Sequence record: LR756501.1
Length of the DNA: 64,000 nt
Reading direction: 5' to 3' (one strand)
The notes below the pieces were generated by a model that saw only the letters and a list, made by a program, of their open reading frames with translations, was not told where the DNA came from and ran no database searches. Below are positions 56,097 to 64,000 of this stretch, piece by piece. A program made the position numbers and the translations under genes. Every line of letters starts with the position of its first letter. Position 1 is the first letter of the stretch.

Positions 56097-56401
56097 GCGT
56101 AAACTGAAAACTTTGTAAAATAAACTTCGTACTTAGGATATTTCTTAGCGAAGAGAGCCCACATCAAATGTAAAAACATTATAACTAATGCTCCATATCC
56201 TGTAATAGAATGAATACCAAATTCAAATCTGTGTTTGGCAACATAGAACATAATAGATGTTCCAATCAAATCACAAAGAAATCCACCAGCAAAAGTAAAA
56301 ACAATCCAATTTAAAAGATGTTTCTTTCCCAATTCTTTCCAGACAGCAATTGTATATAAATTGAGAGCCAAAAATATAAATACTAATCCTATTTTAATCA
56401 T
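56039..56401 (-). CDS. HsmA-like four-TM membrane protein
   Basis: LYTIAVW.E...GFLCDLIGT..M...HSITG..AL..M..H..WA. Confidence 0.65.
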   Translation of the reverse strand: MIKIGLVFIFLALNLYTIAVWKELGKKHLLNWIVFTFAGGFLCDLIGTSIMFYVAKHRFEFGIHSITGYGALVIMFLHLMWALFAKKYPKYEVYFTKFSVYAWALWLVAFFTGMFLNMNL

Positions 56402-56703
56402 TAGTTGTTCATTTTTTCAATCCACTTATTTAATTTTCTCTCTATCTCTTTCTTGAGATCTTCTTTAGTTATATTTAACTCAGATGCCATAGCTATATTA
56501 ACTAAAAAAACGTCTGCTAACTCTTCAATGACGTGTTCTTTCTTTAACTCTTTATATTTACAACCTTTGGCTCCTGTATAAGATAGGACTGCTTGTGATA
56601 GTTCACCTATTTCTTCTACATATTTAAGAGTCAATTCCTGTAAGGTTTTCCCGCCCTTTTTAGATATTTCAAAAATTTCGTCTATTAACTTATCTGTCTC
56701 CAT
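56401..56703 (-). CDS. MazG-like nucleotide pyrophosphohydrolase
   Basis: EEIGELSQAV...IEELADV. Confidence 0.85.
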   Translation of the reverse strand: METDKLIDEIFEISKKGGKTLQELTLKYVEEIGELSQAVLSYTGAKGCKYKELKKEHVIEELADVFLVNIAMASELNITKEDLKKEIERKLNKWIEKMNN

Positions 56704-56890
56704 CTTTTATCAGTTTTCCTTTTTTATACCATCTTGTTCTAATTTCGTCTTGATGATAATCCCAAACATAACAATAATCTGGCGGATCAATGGAGTCTTG
56801 TGGCACCAATTTATCGTGTCTTTTACACATATCAACTCCCCATTTGGTCTTTTTCCTGTGATTGCATAGATCACATCTGTACCTTGCCAT
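56690..56890 (-). CDS. small Cys-rich hypothetical protein
   Basis: CDLC...C...YC. Confidence 0.5.
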   Translation of the reverse strand: MARYRCDLCNHRKKTKWGVDMCKRHDKLVPQDSIDPPDYCYVWDYHQDEIRTRWYKKGKLIKDGDR

Positions 56891-56963
56891 CTTTAAAAAA
56901 TATCATTATAATTAAAACTATATTCCTTAATGCAAATATAAATATAAAAATCTAAATAAAAAA

Positions 56964-57779
56964 ATGGATACCAATAAAATTTATTACGGTGACGCAATGG
57001 ATTTATCTAAACTCTTACCAGATAATTTTGTCGATCTTACAGTTACATCTCCTCCTTACGCCGATATCAAAAATTACGGTAAGAAAATAAATACCCTATC
57101 ACCTAGACATTACAATGAATGGTTTATTCCATTAGCTGTAGAAATTGGTAGATCATTAAAAGACACGGGTTCATTTATACTAAATATCAACGATAAAGTT
57201 GTTAACGGATTTCGTGATCTCTATGTATTTGAATTAGTAACTAGAATCTGTAATGAAACTGATTTAAAACTTTACGATAGATATATATGGCACAAGAAAA
57301 ACGCAATGCCTGTTAGTGGAGACAGATTAAATGACTGGATGGAATACGTTTTCCACTTTACCAAAAATAGTAAAATTAAATCTAATATAGATAGAGTTCG
57401 TGAACCATACGCTGAAAGCACTATTAAAAGATATAAATCCCCAGTTGCCTTTAATAAGAAAGTAAACGATCACGGTATAACAAGTATTGGTGATAAGAAA
57501 ATGGTTATACAAAACCCACTCGGTAAGAAACCATCTACTGTTATGAGATTTAATAACGCTGGCGTACTTAAAGGTGGCACCGCTGGTAAACATCCTGCCC
57601 CATTTCACCCAGACCTTCCAGAGTTTTTCATTAAATGGTTAACAAACGAAGGCGACATAGTGCTTGACCCTTTCATGGGTAGTGGCACTGTTGCTGAAGT
57701 CTGTAAATCAATGGATAGAAAGTATATTGGATTTGAGCTTAATGAGAGTTACAAAGAACTCATAGATCAAAGAGTATAA
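56964..57779 (+). CDS. orphan N4-C/N6-A DNA methyltransferase (beta class)
   Basis: VTSPPY, HPAPF, VLDPFMGSGT, YIGFELN; no cognate restriction endonuclease adjacent. Confidence 0.93.
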   Translation: MDTNKIYYGDAMDLSKLLPDNFVDLTVTSPPYADIKNYGKKINTLSPRHYNEWFIPLAVEIGRSLKDTGSFILNINDKVVNGFRDLYVFELVTRICNETDLKLYDRYIWHKKNAMPVSGDRLNDWMEYVFHFTKNSKIKSNIDRVREPYAESTIKRYKSPVAFNKKVNDHGITSIGDKKMVIQNPLGKKPSTVMRFNNAGVLKGGTAGKHPAPFHPDLPEFFIKWLTNEGDIVLDPFMGSGTVAEVCKSMDRKYIGFELNESYKELIDQRV

Positions 57780-58021
57780 ATTTCTACGTTTTCAGATAAA
57801 CTTAAAATTATTTCTCTGCCTTCTTTTGTTTCTATATTTGTTTGATAATCAGTAAAATAAAACCCTATTGTTTTAATTTCTGTATCGAAATAGTCGTAAT
57901 GCCAATTTTTTTCGTTTATAATTAAATGTCCAAAGAATTTGTATTTCTTATCAAATTCAAATAGGTTCATGTAAGATTTGAAACCTTCTTGTTTAATATA
58001 ATCTAATGGTTTAAAAATCAT
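57767..58021 (-). CDS. hypothetical protein
   Basis: 84-aa ORF. Confidence 0.5.
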   Translation of the reverse strand: MIFKPLDYIKQEGFKSYMNLFEFDKKYKFFGHLIINEKNWHYDYFDTEIKTIGFYFTDYQTNIETKEGREIILSLSENVEIYTL

Positions 58022-58115
58022 TTATATTTATTTGTTCTAGTTGTTGCTACTGATTTTATTTCTGATTTTTCTCTTAATATCCAGGGAGTGTCTTGATTTA
58101 TCCACTTTGTAGTTA

Positions 58116-59642
58116 CTATATCATCCTTTTCCCCTTCCAAATCTTCTGAAAAAATTTCGTTTTTTTTTCAACCACTGGTTCGATGATTTCTTCTTCTATT
58201 ATATTAACAGGTTCTTCAATTGTTTGTTCCTCTGGTAGAGGTTCTTCAACGACTTGTTCCTCAATTGTTTCAGTTACAGGTCTTTTGATTATTATATCTT
58301 GTATATCGGGATCGTCTTCGAAAAAATCTAAATATTTTACTGCTTCAACTTCTTCGTTTTTTACGCATCTTAATTCACTTAGATTGGCGTAATCTGGATC
58401 AAGTTCTTTAATTCCAACTTCTTCGAATCTAATTACTACTCTACTTTTATCTAAATTGGATTTAACTATTATTCCTTTACCAAAAGAATTATGATATACT
58501 TTTAATCCATCAAATATATTGGATTTATCAAGGTCTATCTTTTTTTCTGAGTAACCATCCTGGCAATCCTCGAGAGAATATTCGTTTTTTTTTGTGTCCT
58601 GCTCTTCCTCAGTTTCTTCAATCTCTTCTACTTCACTGTCTTCTTCGTCCTCATATACTCTTAAAAAAGAAGGAGTTCGTCTTATTTGTTCAGGAACAGG
58701 TTTTACTTCAGGCTTCTCTTCAGGAACAACCTCTTCTTCGACAGGTTCTTCTTCTTTCTTTTTTCTAAAGAAAGGAAGCTTTGGTAATTTTATCCTTTCG
58801 TCTTTCAATGGTGTATCACTTTTATCCATCATAGTTAATTGGTTCACACCAATAAGTAATGAAATTGCCATTGGATCGAACACAAAGATGATTAAAAGAA
58901 CAAGTATGTTTACAACTTTGTTCATAGCCATACCAGTTAAATCTGATAAATATTTTAAAGGGCCAACTTCACTTGAAACATCTGATGCTTTATATTCTAC
59001 GATTTTTTGATCCCAAAAAGCTATAGAGTCGTTAACAACATTAGCTTGTTTCATCTTTTCTGTTATATCACCGTTAAGAATCTTAATTTGCTCGTCCGAA
59101 CCAGATATTTGATTTTCAGTTCTTCTAGCACTTGATACATATTTATCATTATATAACGTAGTTAAACGTTTTTCTTGTTGATCCCTAACACCAGATAATG
59201 TGTTTATACGTTTGTTACTACTTTCAATTGTTTGATTTATTCTACCTAACTGATTTACAAATAAAGTTCTTTTGTTTTCAGCAATTCTAATTTGTGAATC
59301 TCTTATTTCTATTTTATTAGCGGATTTCTGGTAAGCACTCGTTAAAAATCCATATATACCTATTGAAGTTAATAACATTATAAATACAACCCCAAAAACA
59401 TAATAAGCCCTAAAAGCCTTAGCAATAACAGTCCAATATCTGTACACATAAGACACGGCTACTAATTTAGAGAACTCAAGCACTGATGCAAGTATTACAA
59501 TACCTATACCAGCTCCATAGAAGAGCTTGGCTAGACCAAATATAGAAAAGTATGCTGCTGTACCAGCTAAAGATAATGAACTAATTGTGAGTAATATAAT
59601 GAAAAACCAATTTCTTTTCACTTCTTGATTATTTTTAGTCAT
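58116..59642 (-). CDS. membrane protein with three N-terminal TMs, coiled coil and acidic tail
   Basis: AAYFSIFGLAKLF, LEFSKLV, GIYGFLTSAYQ, EVGPLKYL, IFVFDPMA. Confidence 0.7.
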   Translation of the reverse strand: MTKNNQEVKRNWFFIILLTISSLSLAGTAAYFSIFGLAKLFYGAGIGIVILASVLEFSKLVAVSYVYRYWTVIAKAFRAYYVFGVVFIMLLTSIGIYGFLTSAYQKSANKIEIRDSQIRIAENKRTLFVNQLGRINQTIESSNKRINTLSGVRDQQEKRLTTLYNDKYVSSARRTENQISGSDEQIKILNGDITEKMKQANVVNDSIAFWDQKIVEYKASDVSSEVGPLKYLSDLTGMAMNKVVNILVLLIIFVFDPMAISLLIGVNQLTMMDKSDTPLKDERIKLPKLPFFRKKKEEEPVEEEVVPEEKPEVKPVPEQIRRTPSFLRVYEDEEDSEVEEIEETEEEQDTKKNEYSLEDCQDGYSEKKIDLDKSNIFDGLKVYHNSFGKGIIVKSNLDKSRVVIRFEEVGIKELDPDYANLSELRCVKNEEVEAVKYLDFFEDDPDIQDIIIKRPVTETIEEQVVEEPLPEEQTIEEPVNIIEEEIIEPVVEKKTKFFQKIWKGKRMI

Positions 59643-59685
59643 ATATATTAAAATTTAAATGCCGTTTTTGGGAAAATCACCGAAA

Positions 59686-60354
59686 CTACTGTTGTTCCTT
59701 CTTCTTCTTAATAATTTCATCCCTGATCTCAGAGGCCTTCTCGTATTCCTCTTCATCTATTGCGTCTCGAAGAAGATCATTTAACTCATTCAGACTGAAA
59801 CCGTTGAGCTTATTTTTATCAGCGATAACTTGTTTACCGTCTTTTATGTCGTAGTATTTCTGGACTATGGTATCTACTTTAGTAAGAACGTCGTCGTAAA
59901 TATAGATAGGGTACCCTAATCTTACCGATAAAGAGAGAGCATCAGCGGTTCGTAGTTCTACTTTTTCTTTCTTACTCTTTAAGTATGTGAGTAATATATC
60001 GTTTTTAAAATCTTCTATAAGAATTTCGTCAAACTTTACCTTATGGTCTATCATAACTTCTTTGAATACGTCGTAGACAAGAGGAACGATGGGAAGTATT
60101 TTTTCTACTTCAATGGCTATGGCTTGGGCTTCGAAATAGTTAATGACTACTGGAATTTTTCTACCTCCGCCTTCTTCGCCTAATACCACAACGTATAGAG
60201 TTTGGTCGCCACTTTTAGTATAGGATATGCCAAGTATATCTAGTTTCACTTTTTTAGTAGGAATTATCTTTTTCCTCCATATCCATTTTTTAAATGATAG
60301 TAAAATGTCTTTAATTCTGTCTGTTGTTCTCTCTGAAAAATTCTTTATAATCAT
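59686..60354 (-). CDS. bifunctional nuclease (DUF151) family protein with UVR domain
   Basis: VLGEE...IPVVI...EAQAIA, RTADAL.L..R, L..AI..EEYEKA..IRDEI. Confidence 0.88.
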   Translation of the reverse strand: MIIKNFSERTTDRIKDILLSFKKWIWRKKIIPTKKVKLDILGISYTKSGDQTLYVVVLGEEGGGRKIPVVINYFEAQAIAIEVEKILPIVPLVYDVFKEVMIDHKVKFDEILIEDFKNDILLTYLKSKKEKVELRTADALSLSVRLGYPIYIYDDVLTKVDTIVQKYYDIKDGKQVIADKNKLNGFSLNELNDLLRDAIDEEEYEKASEIRDEIIKKKKEQQ

Positions 60355-60429
60355 ATCAACGATTTTATATTTTAAAATAGTTTTTGTTTTTATTTTTTAA
60401 TATATATAAAAAACAAAAAGACCAAACCT

Positions 60430-63400
60430 TTGATGAAAAAGTTAAATGAATTATTTGATATTCCAAATCCTTTTAAAGATCCAAAGAAGAAAGAAATAGA
60501 AGGTCATATGAAAAAGCTTGGCATCAAAAGCTCTGATTATACCATTAATAAAGACTATACAGTAGATTTAAATGGAGACGTATCCATTTTAGTGAGGAAT
60601 GTTGAAGAATGTCCTGTTGTTTTTAACGTGGCACACGGTAATTTAATTTGGCATTACGCTGGTTTAAAGAGCATGAAAAATTTACCAAAAATTGTTAAAG
60701 GTAACTTCACTGTGGCAAATAATAAATTAACAACTCTTGAAGGGTCACAAACAACAATAGTTACTGGTACTTTTAATTGCAGTGGTAATAAATTGAAGAA
60801 TTTAAAAGGTAGTCCAATGAAATGTGGTGGTTTCATAGCCATGATGTGCGGACTAGAATCCTTAGAGGGGTCACCAGAAGAAGTGTACGGTGATTTTATA
60901 GTTGTTAATAATAAATTAACATCATTGGAAGGTAGTCCGAATAAGGTTGGTGGACAATACGATTGTAGTGATAATAAATTAGAAAATTTAACTGGTATAA
61001 CTCCACTATGTAAAAAAGTAAGATATGTTGGTAATACGATAGGTTCAATAAAACCAGTAGAAACTAAAAAAGAGAAAGATAAAGAAGATGCTCAATTACA
61101 TTTAGAATTAGACGACTGGAAAGAAGGCGATAAAATTCTATACGTTAAACAAGGTAGTAAATTCAATAACATGGTAGGTGTTATAAGAACAATAGACGAA
61201 CCAACTGCCACGGAAACAGAAAAAGTATATAATATATTCTTTAGTGTTATAGATAATAAAGAGTTAGAAAAAGACGGTGGTGTTCAAGGTAAAGCTAAAT
61301 ATTTGAGAAAATATATAGATAAATTTGAAGTTGATGATGAAGTAATTTATACAAATCAAAATAGTAAATACAAGGGATATAAAGGTAAAATAGAATCAGT
61401 AACTATACCAGAAGAGACAGATGGTGAAATACAATATAAAGTCCAATTCATGTACGATGAAAATCCTGGTATTATTGATATTGTGAGCGCTGGTAATAAA
61501 AATAAAACATTTGTTAATGTTGGAAAAATAAAAGGGGAGGATTTACAAAGAATTCTTAAAGACGAAACTAAAAAAGAAGAAAATAAAATAGTTAAGCATA
61601 TTGATAATAAATTTAAAGCAGGACAAAACGCTTATTTCATGGGTAGAAAAGTTACACTTTTAAAATTGACTAGTCCACAACATTGGTTAGTTAAAGATTT
61701 TGGAAGCACAACAGGTCAAAATGATTTTGGTGTACATTACGATCAACTTGTTCCTCTTGAAAAAGAAACCAAACCAGTAGAAAAATTTGGTTACGGTGAT
61801 AAAATTACATTTTTAGACCCAGGTGGCGAATACGACGAATGTAAAGGTAGAGTCACCTATGTTGGTAATAGAATTTCTAGTCACGGTTTTTCACAAATCA
61901 TTGATGTGGAAATAATTAATAAAAATGGAATAAAACAACCATTAATGAATGTGAGTCCAAACAAACTGGAAAGAGACGGTCCGCCTTCACGTCCCGCAAT
62001 TGATACAGCGTGGGAAAAACCTGATCCAAAGAAAACTGGTAAAGCTGATAAATTTAAAAAGGGGGATAAAATAATTTACGTTTCCAGAAAAGAAGACGAA
62101 AAAAATAAAGACCTACACCTTTGTAAAGGAGAAGTAACTTTTCTAAATCTAGCTACCAACTATTCACTAGAAAAGGAAACAACTTACGATGTTAAATTTC
62201 CTAAACAACCAGGTGTTCCAAACGAAAAATCTGTTTATTTTATTCCATCTAGAAACCTTCAAATAAACGATAATAAATACGTAGAAGGAGATAAAGTCAT
62301 ATACATAAACGACGACGACGCCGATCTAAGCGGTAAAGTTGGTATTGTTACAAAAATAGAAAAAGGTAAAAAAGGAAATACCCATACCATCACTTTCAAT
62401 AGTAACGGTACAATAGTTACTGTATCTGGTTGTATATCAGATGAAATGACGAAATTTATTAAACCAATAGGTACAGAAGTTGGTCTTAATGACGATATAA
62501 TTTATACTAAACCAGATAGTAAACACTTTGGATGTAAAGGGGTTGTTTTATCACTTAACTTAAATGATGAAAAACCTTTTGAGATTGAAATTAAATCCAA
62601 AGAGGGTAAAATGGTTAAGATAAAAACTAAAGATGAAAATTTAGAATTTTTAACACCAGCTAGAATATTTAAAAAAGGAGATAAAATTAGATATACAAAC
62701 CCAGATAGTACTAGCGACGGATTGATAGGTGAAATTAGTAGTGTTACTGAAGCTCCACAAATCGCTGGTGAAAAACAAAAACCACCAAGAAGTTATAATA
62801 TAGTTTTGAAAAATGATAAAGGTCACACTATTTATTTAACCACATTTGCTGATAATCTTATTCTACTTGAAGAAGCTTCCGATAGCGGCGAATTTAAATT
62901 CGGTCAGGCTGTTAAATATATTAATCCAGATAGTAAATACGAATGGGCTAAAACAGGTAGAGTTGGTGAATTTCAAGGTGATAGAATAAAAGACGGTAAA
63001 AAGGAATTGATTGTTAAATTTGACGATGATTTGGTTTCATTCTTGAAGTTATACGTAGATCCAGAATTTGTCTTCCCTACAAAGGAACCTATACCTAAAA
63101 AAGCGGTTACCACTTCAGCTTATACTTCACCAGCTTATTCATCTGGTTATACTGCACCAGCAAAGAAAAAGAAAAAGAAAGAAGTAGAACCACCAAGGAA
63201 ACCTGTACTAGTTTATAATAGAAGAAATGTAGCTAGAAAAGCCTATAAACCAAAAGATCCAAACGCGGTTGAACCAGAACCAGTAAAGAAAACTGTTGAT
63301 GAATTAGAAGTTGGTGATAATGTAATCGTTAAAGATTCAGTTACTAAGGAAATAATTGGTAAAGAAGGCAGAGTGCAGAAACTTCCATATAACAAATACG

Positions 63401-63474
63401 GTAGATACGAAATTTACGTCAATAGACAAACTTATTGGTTGGATAAAAATCAAATAGAAGTTGCCGACGAATGA
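60430..63474 (+). CDS. large repeat protein: LRR-like (LxSLEGSP) N-region plus about 10 KOW/SH3-like modules
   Basis: NKLTTLEGS/NKLKNLKGSP/NKLTSLEGSP; repeated FKKGDKIIY-type starts. Confidence 0.7.
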   Translation: MMKKLNELFDIPNPFKDPKKKEIEGHMKKLGIKSSDYTINKDYTVDLNGDVSILVRNVEECPVVFNVAHGNLIWHYAGLKSMKNLPKIVKGNFTVANNKLTTLEGSQTTIVTGTFNCSGNKLKNLKGSPMKCGGFIAMMCGLESLEGSPEEVYGDFIVVNNKLTSLEGSPNKVGGQYDCSDNKLENLTGITPLCKKVRYVGNTIGSIKPVETKKEKDKEDAQLHLELDDWKEGDKILYVKQGSKFNNMVGVIRTIDEPTATETEKVYNIFFSVIDNKELEKDGGVQGKAKYLRKYIDKFEVDDEVIYTNQNSKYKGYKGKIESVTIPEETDGEIQYKVQFMYDENPGIIDIVSAGNKNKTFVNVGKIKGEDLQRILKDETKKEENKIVKHIDNKFKAGQNAYFMGRKVTLLKLTSPQHWLVKDFGSTTGQNDFGVHYDQLVPLEKETKPVEKFGYGDKITFLDPGGEYDECKGRVTYVGNRISSHGFSQIIDVEIINKNGIKQPLMNVSPNKLERDGPPSRPAIDTAWEKPDPKKTGKADKFKKGDKIIYVSRKEDEKNKDLHLCKGEVTFLNLATNYSLEKETTYDVKFPKQPGVPNEKSVYFIPSRNLQINDNKYVEGDKVIYINDDDADLSGKVGIVTKIEKGKKGNTHTITFNSNGTIVTVSGCISDEMTKFIKPIGTEVGLNDDIIYTKPDSKHFGCKGVVLSLNLNDEKPFEIEIKSKEGKMVKIKTKDENLEFLTPARIFKKGDKIRYTNPDSTSDGLIGEISSVTEAPQIAGEKQKPPRSYNIVLKNDKGHTIYLTTFADNLILLEEASDSGEFKFGQAVKYINPDSKYEWAKTGRVGEFQGDRIKDGKKELIVKFDDDLVSFLKLYVDPEFVFPTKEPIPKKAVTTSAYTSPAYSSGYTAPAKKKKKKEVEPPRKPVLVYNRRNVARKAYKPKDPNAVEPEPVKKTVDELEVGDNVIVKDSVTKEIIGKEGRVQKLPYNKYGRYEIYVNRQTYWLDKNQIEVADE

Positions 63475-64000
63475 TAACTAATTATACTAATTATATTAAT
63501 GAGTTTAAATCTGAGGATATTAAACTAATTCTTGATGATCTTCAAGATTACTTTACTATTGGTTTTGAAATAGAATTAGAATTTAAAGGTAAAATAAAAG
63601 ATCTAAAATTCGTTCCAAAAAACGAATCACATATAATGTACCCTTCTATTAAAAATAGAAAAATTCTTAACGACTTTAAAATTTGTTTTCCAACCTTTTA
63701 CAATAAATATAAAGATAAAATTATTTTTCACGAAGATGAAACCCTATTATACGGAGTTGAAATAATCAATACACCTTTCACTAACCTAGAAGAAGCACTG
63801 AATTATATTTTAGATTTCTTCGAATCTTACGAAACACAAGATAGATGGGGATTTAATGATAGGACATCTATTCACGTTAACATTGGATCTAAAGGCAAGA
63901 AATGGAATCTCACTAAAGGTATCATTATGATTTCAGATCAATCTAAAGGTGGATTTGTTTACAAAGGGATTGAAGATAGACTTGTTAACTGGTGTGGTTC
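63471..64000 (+). CDS. putative amidoligase (Amidoligase_2-like), partial, runs off window edge
   Basis: Manual translation MITNYTNYINEFK...IGFEIELE...HEDETL..GVEI...RTSIHVNIG. Confidence 0.6.
   Translation, partial: MITNYTNYINEFKSEDIKLILDDLQDYFTIGFEIELEFKGKIKDLKFVPKNESHIMYPSIKNRKILNDFKICFPTFYNKYKDKIIFHEDETLLYGVEIINTPFTNLEEALNYILDFFESYETQDRWGFNDRTSIHVNIGSKGKKWNLTKGIIMISDQSKGGFVYKGIEDRLVNWCG

Noticed and set aside
56964-57779. Restriction-modification system
   Set aside because: No endonuclease neighbour; an orphan methyltransferase is ordinary in large phages.

Overview
AT-rich 64-kb segment that most likely belongs to a very large (jumbo/huge) tailed phage of a Bacteroidota host. This is an inference from dense small hypothetical ORFs, a tRNA array with freestanding endonucleases, Bacteroidota-type TAnnTTTG promoters and a Bacteroidota-like bL36. 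Layout: (1) 1-20.5 kb, a minus-strand glycan island (about 24 genes: glycosyltransferases, O- and C-methyltransferases, split TPP enzyme, radical SAM, epimerase). (2) 20.5-23.6 kb, plus-strand genes including deoC, several with T4 internal-protein-like N-termini. (3) 23.7-27.5 kb, an RNA-repair-like operon (bL36, RtcB, DUF2828/Ro60-like vWA protein) studded with short ACAGCAA stem RNAs. (4) 28-45 kb, host-like metabolic and translation genes (purA, ClpB lacking its M-domain, CDF and CorA transporters, SpoT-type HD hydrolase, TraR/DksA-like protein, and an RF1-like release factor interrupted by two in-frame UGA codons). (5) 45.5-50.5 kb, a tRNA/tRNA-mimic operon. (6) 50.6-64 kb, accessory genes. 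Most striking candidate system: the tRNA operon is preceded by an unannotated 42-codon leader peptide with terminator/antiterminator geometry, whose core codons match the array's tRNAs (Thr, Ala, Gly, Arg, Val, Pro). This looks like a ribosome-stalling sensor that switches on phage tRNA supply when those tRNAs are depleted. The array also carries circularly permuted/YrlA-like tRNA mimics, a possible mini-tmRNA and more ACAGCAA RNAs. All analysis was by eye; no database search or folding program was run.
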